64,000 nucleotides of DNA from positions 832,001 through 896,000 of the forward strand of contig OZ241855.1 of assembly GCA_965202785.1 (NCBI GenBank), written 5' to 3'. The translations under genes were made by a program, and so were the position numbers. This document shows, in pieces, positions 61,759 through 64,000 of the stretch. The stretch comes from Thermodesulfobacteriota bacterium. GTDB lineage: Bacteria; Desulfobacterota_D; UBA1144; Nemesobacterales; Nemesobacteraceae. Within the stretch, counting starts at the first letter, position 1; each line of letters begins with the position of its first letter. The notes below the pieces were generated by a model. That model was not told the DNA's origin and made no database searches. It worked only from the letters and a program-made list of their open reading frames with translations.

Positions 61759-62715
61759 ATGAAACCTCCCGAGGAAAAGAACGTAACGGAAATACCCCTG
61801 GAATTCGCGGGACAAAGAGCGGATGTGTTTCTCTCGGGTTTCCTGACGGAGCTTAGCCGCTCGAGCATCAAAAAGCATATAGAGCGGGGAAACATACTTA
61901 TTGACCGCAAAACGTTTAAGCCTTCTAAGATCATAAGCGGCGGAGAGAGCCTGAGCGTCAACATTCCGCCTCCCGAGCCCTGTGGCGTCGAGGGAGAGGA
62001 AATCGATATTGAGGTTCTCCATGAGGACCGCGACATGATCGTGGTCAACAAACCCGCCGGCATGGTGGTTCATCCCGGGGCGGGAGTGACGGGCGGTACG
62101 CTTGTGAACGCCCTTGTCCATATGTGCGAGGATCTTTCGGGAATAGGAGGCGAAATGCGCCCGGGGATAGTGCACCGCCTTGACAAAGAGACTTCGGGGA
62201 TCATGGTCGTTGCGAAAAACGACCGCGCGCACAAGAGTCTTTCCGAGCAGTTCAAAAGGAGGGAAACGGAAAAAGGATACGTAGCCGTTGTTTCGGGGGA
62301 GATGAAGAAAAGTTCGGGAGTTTTCAGTTCCCCGATAGGAAGAAGTCCCTCGAACAGGATAAAAATGAGCTCTTCTTCCAAGGCCACAAGAGATGCAGAG
62401 ACCCGCTGGGAAGTGGTCGAGAGGCTGCGCGGAGCGACGCTTGTGAGCGTTTGGCCAAAGACCGGAAGAACCCACCAGATAAGAGTCCATTTTTCCGAGA
62501 ACGGGTTTCCCGTATTTGCCGATAAGGTTTACGGGGGCAAAAAAAGCCGTCCGCGAAACTCCGGGACCGCAGGGAGCTTAATAAAAAGACATGCCCTTCA
62601 CGCAAAAAGCCTCGGATTCACGCACCCGGCCACGAGAAGGCGGATTGAGTTCTCAGCTGAAATTCCCAAAGATATGATTTCCGTGATCGATTTTTTGAGG
62701 AGACAGGGCGGATGA
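61759..62715 (+). CDS. rluD: RluA family 23S rRNA pseudouridine synthase
   Basis: S4 domain, NKPAGMVVHP, HRLDKETSG, TGRTHQIRVH. Confidence 0.92.
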   Translation: MKPPEEKNVTEIPLEFAGQRADVFLSGFLTELSRSSIKKHIERGNILIDRKTFKPSKIISGGESLSVNIPPPEPCGVEGEEIDIEVLHEDRDMIVVNKPAGMVVHPGAGVTGGTLVNALVHMCEDLSGIGGEMRPGIVHRLDKETSGIMVVAKNDRAHKSLSEQFKRRETEKGYVAVVSGEMKKSSGVFSSPIGRSPSNRIKMSSSSKATRDAETRWEVVERLRGATLVSVWPKTGRTHQIRVHFSENGFPVFADKVYGGKKSRPRNSGTAGSLIKRHALHAKSLGFTHPATRRRIEFSAEIPKDMISVIDFLRRQGG

Positions 62716-63386
62716 GGGTTTTTCGTTCTTCTATGCTTGAAAAGTATAACGGCGTGATTCACGGTTTCGTGCATGATCCTGGAGGACCAGATATTTCGAA
62801 GATTGCTTCTGCTTACGGGCTTGAAAACATCCTTACGGTCAATCAGGTTCACGGGAACTCCGTTTTTTTCGCCGACCGTGATGCGGGTGAGAAACTTGTT
62901 GAAGCTGACTCTATCGTTACGCGCCAGAAGGGCGTCGGGGTTGGGATTCTCACGGCTGACTGTCTTCCGATTCTTCTTTGCTTTCCCGATTCAGGATGCG
63001 TCTGCGCCGTCCACGCGGGGTGGCGCGGAACCTTCTCGCACGTGGTTAAAAACTGTCTTGCCGCCGTTTGTGAAAAGTATTCTTTGAGACCGCAGGACTC
63101 TTTGGCCGTGATAGGGCCGGCCATAAGAAAATGCTGCTACGAGGTTCGGGACGACGTGGCGTCGCGGTTTGTCTCAAGGTTCGGTGGCGGGGACTGGCTT
63201 TTTGAAAAAGGGGACGGGAAATTCCTTCTAGATCTTGCGGAACTTAACAGAATCGAGCTTCGCGACGCGGGAGTTTCAGAAATCGAGACGATGGACATGT
63301 GCACCTGCTGTCAGGATCTACCTTCATACAGAAGAGATGGTTCCGGTACGGACAAGATGATCAGCTTTATCGGGATTTCTCCTTAG
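62712..63386 (+). CDS. pgeF: PgeF/YfiH family protein
   Basis: NQVHG, TADCLP, HAGWRG, GPAIRKCCYEV, SYRR; follows rluD. Confidence 0.92.
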   Translation: MRVFRSSMLEKYNGVIHGFVHDPGGPDISKIASAYGLENILTVNQVHGNSVFFADRDAGEKLVEADSIVTRQKGVGVGILTADCLPILLCFPDSGCVCAVHAGWRGTFSHVVKNCLAAVCEKYSLRPQDSLAVIGPAIRKCCYEVRDDVASRFVSRFGGGDWLFEKGDGKFLLDLAELNRIELRDAGVSEIETMDMCTCCQDLPSYRRDGSGTDKMISFIGISP

Positions 63387-63475
63387 TAGAGTCTTTTTCC
63401 CTCTTTCAGCGTTAGTTCGGTATCTTCCGAAAACCCTGCACGCCAAGACGGAACACAGTACTTCGGGGGATTAGG

Positions 63476-63946
63476 TTAGCTTTGGTTCTTCATCTCCTGA
63501 TACAGAGTTTCTGCGCGGAGTTTTAATCCCACGCCTACATCGCTAAAACCGCGGCGCATATAACCGCCGAAGAACAGCGAGACGATTGATGAAAATACAC
63601 CGCTCAACAGGTCGACATTATGGTAGCTGCAACTGGTATCACTTATAGGTTCCAGATGCTGCTCTCGCACTACAAATAAAAACCAGGAAGCTCCGAATTT
63701 CCTGCTCCAAGCAACAAGGCGTGGTTTTTCAAATGCGCATACAGTTTCGGTTATTCTGAATTTTGTAGGCCCCATTCTTACCAACAGATGAGCGGGCGAT
63801 CCAATTTTAAAATCGGTTCTGGCTTGAGATGTGAACGGATTCCACTCACCGTATTTTTCAACGTCAGTCAGGACCTCCCAAACGAAATCAATGGGTGTGT
63901 TGATCTGAATGCGGTCGGTACGTACGGTAGAATTATTCATGCCCAT
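63476..63946 (-). CDS. SRPBCC/START-like domain protein
   Basis: IQINTPIDFVWEVLTDVEKYGEWNPF...LKLRAE. Confidence 0.85.
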   Translation of the reverse strand: MGMNNSTVRTDRIQINTPIDFVWEVLTDVEKYGEWNPFTSQARTDFKIGSPAHLLVRMGPTKFRITETVCAFEKPRLVAWSRKFGASWFLFVVREQHLEPISDTSCSYHNVDLLSGVFSSIVSLFFGGYMRRGFSDVGVGLKLRAETLYQEMKNQS

Positions 63947-64000
63947 CTCTGCTGGCCTTAACTAGAGTCTTAACCCATGCATCTGATTTGTCCCAAAGAA

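Overview
Bacterial chromosomal window, mostly housekeeping genes: ispDF, purB, gshA, pyk, an F1 plus b/b'/delta ATP synthase operon, class II nrdJ, argH, thiE, leuS, udg, mnmG, htpX, uvrA, uppP, ispH, pyrF, rluD-pgeF, tRNA-Arg(CCG) and tRNA-Glu(CTC). The split atp operon and a GGC-CTERM-type sorting signal are compatible with a deltaproteobacteria-like lineage such as Ca. Dadabacteria; this is inference only. Small accessory insertions sit between core genes. Best leads: (1) a divergent gene pair between mnmG and htpX encoding an atypical UDG-fold protein and an HsdR_N nuclease with a SeqA-C-like domain, a candidate defence module against modified DNA; (2) a 53-bp near-perfect duplication carrying an ECF-type promoter, once upstream of an ECF sigma/anti-sigma cassette and once upstream of a NUDIX-methyltransferase pair; (3) an orphan GC-rich structured RNA or small ORF with its own sigma70-like promoter between nrdJ and a TetR gene; (4) a surface-anchored tandem Cache-like protein with no output domain; (5) a second divergent UDG-fold gene coupled to pyrF. 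Also present: a frameshifted parE, an intact mazEF-type module and a porin with (AEEPM)n repeats. No CRISPR, integrase or transposase was seen. All family calls come from motif recognition, not database searches. The ORF track gives the wrong strand for the TetR gene at 24773..25363, which is on +.
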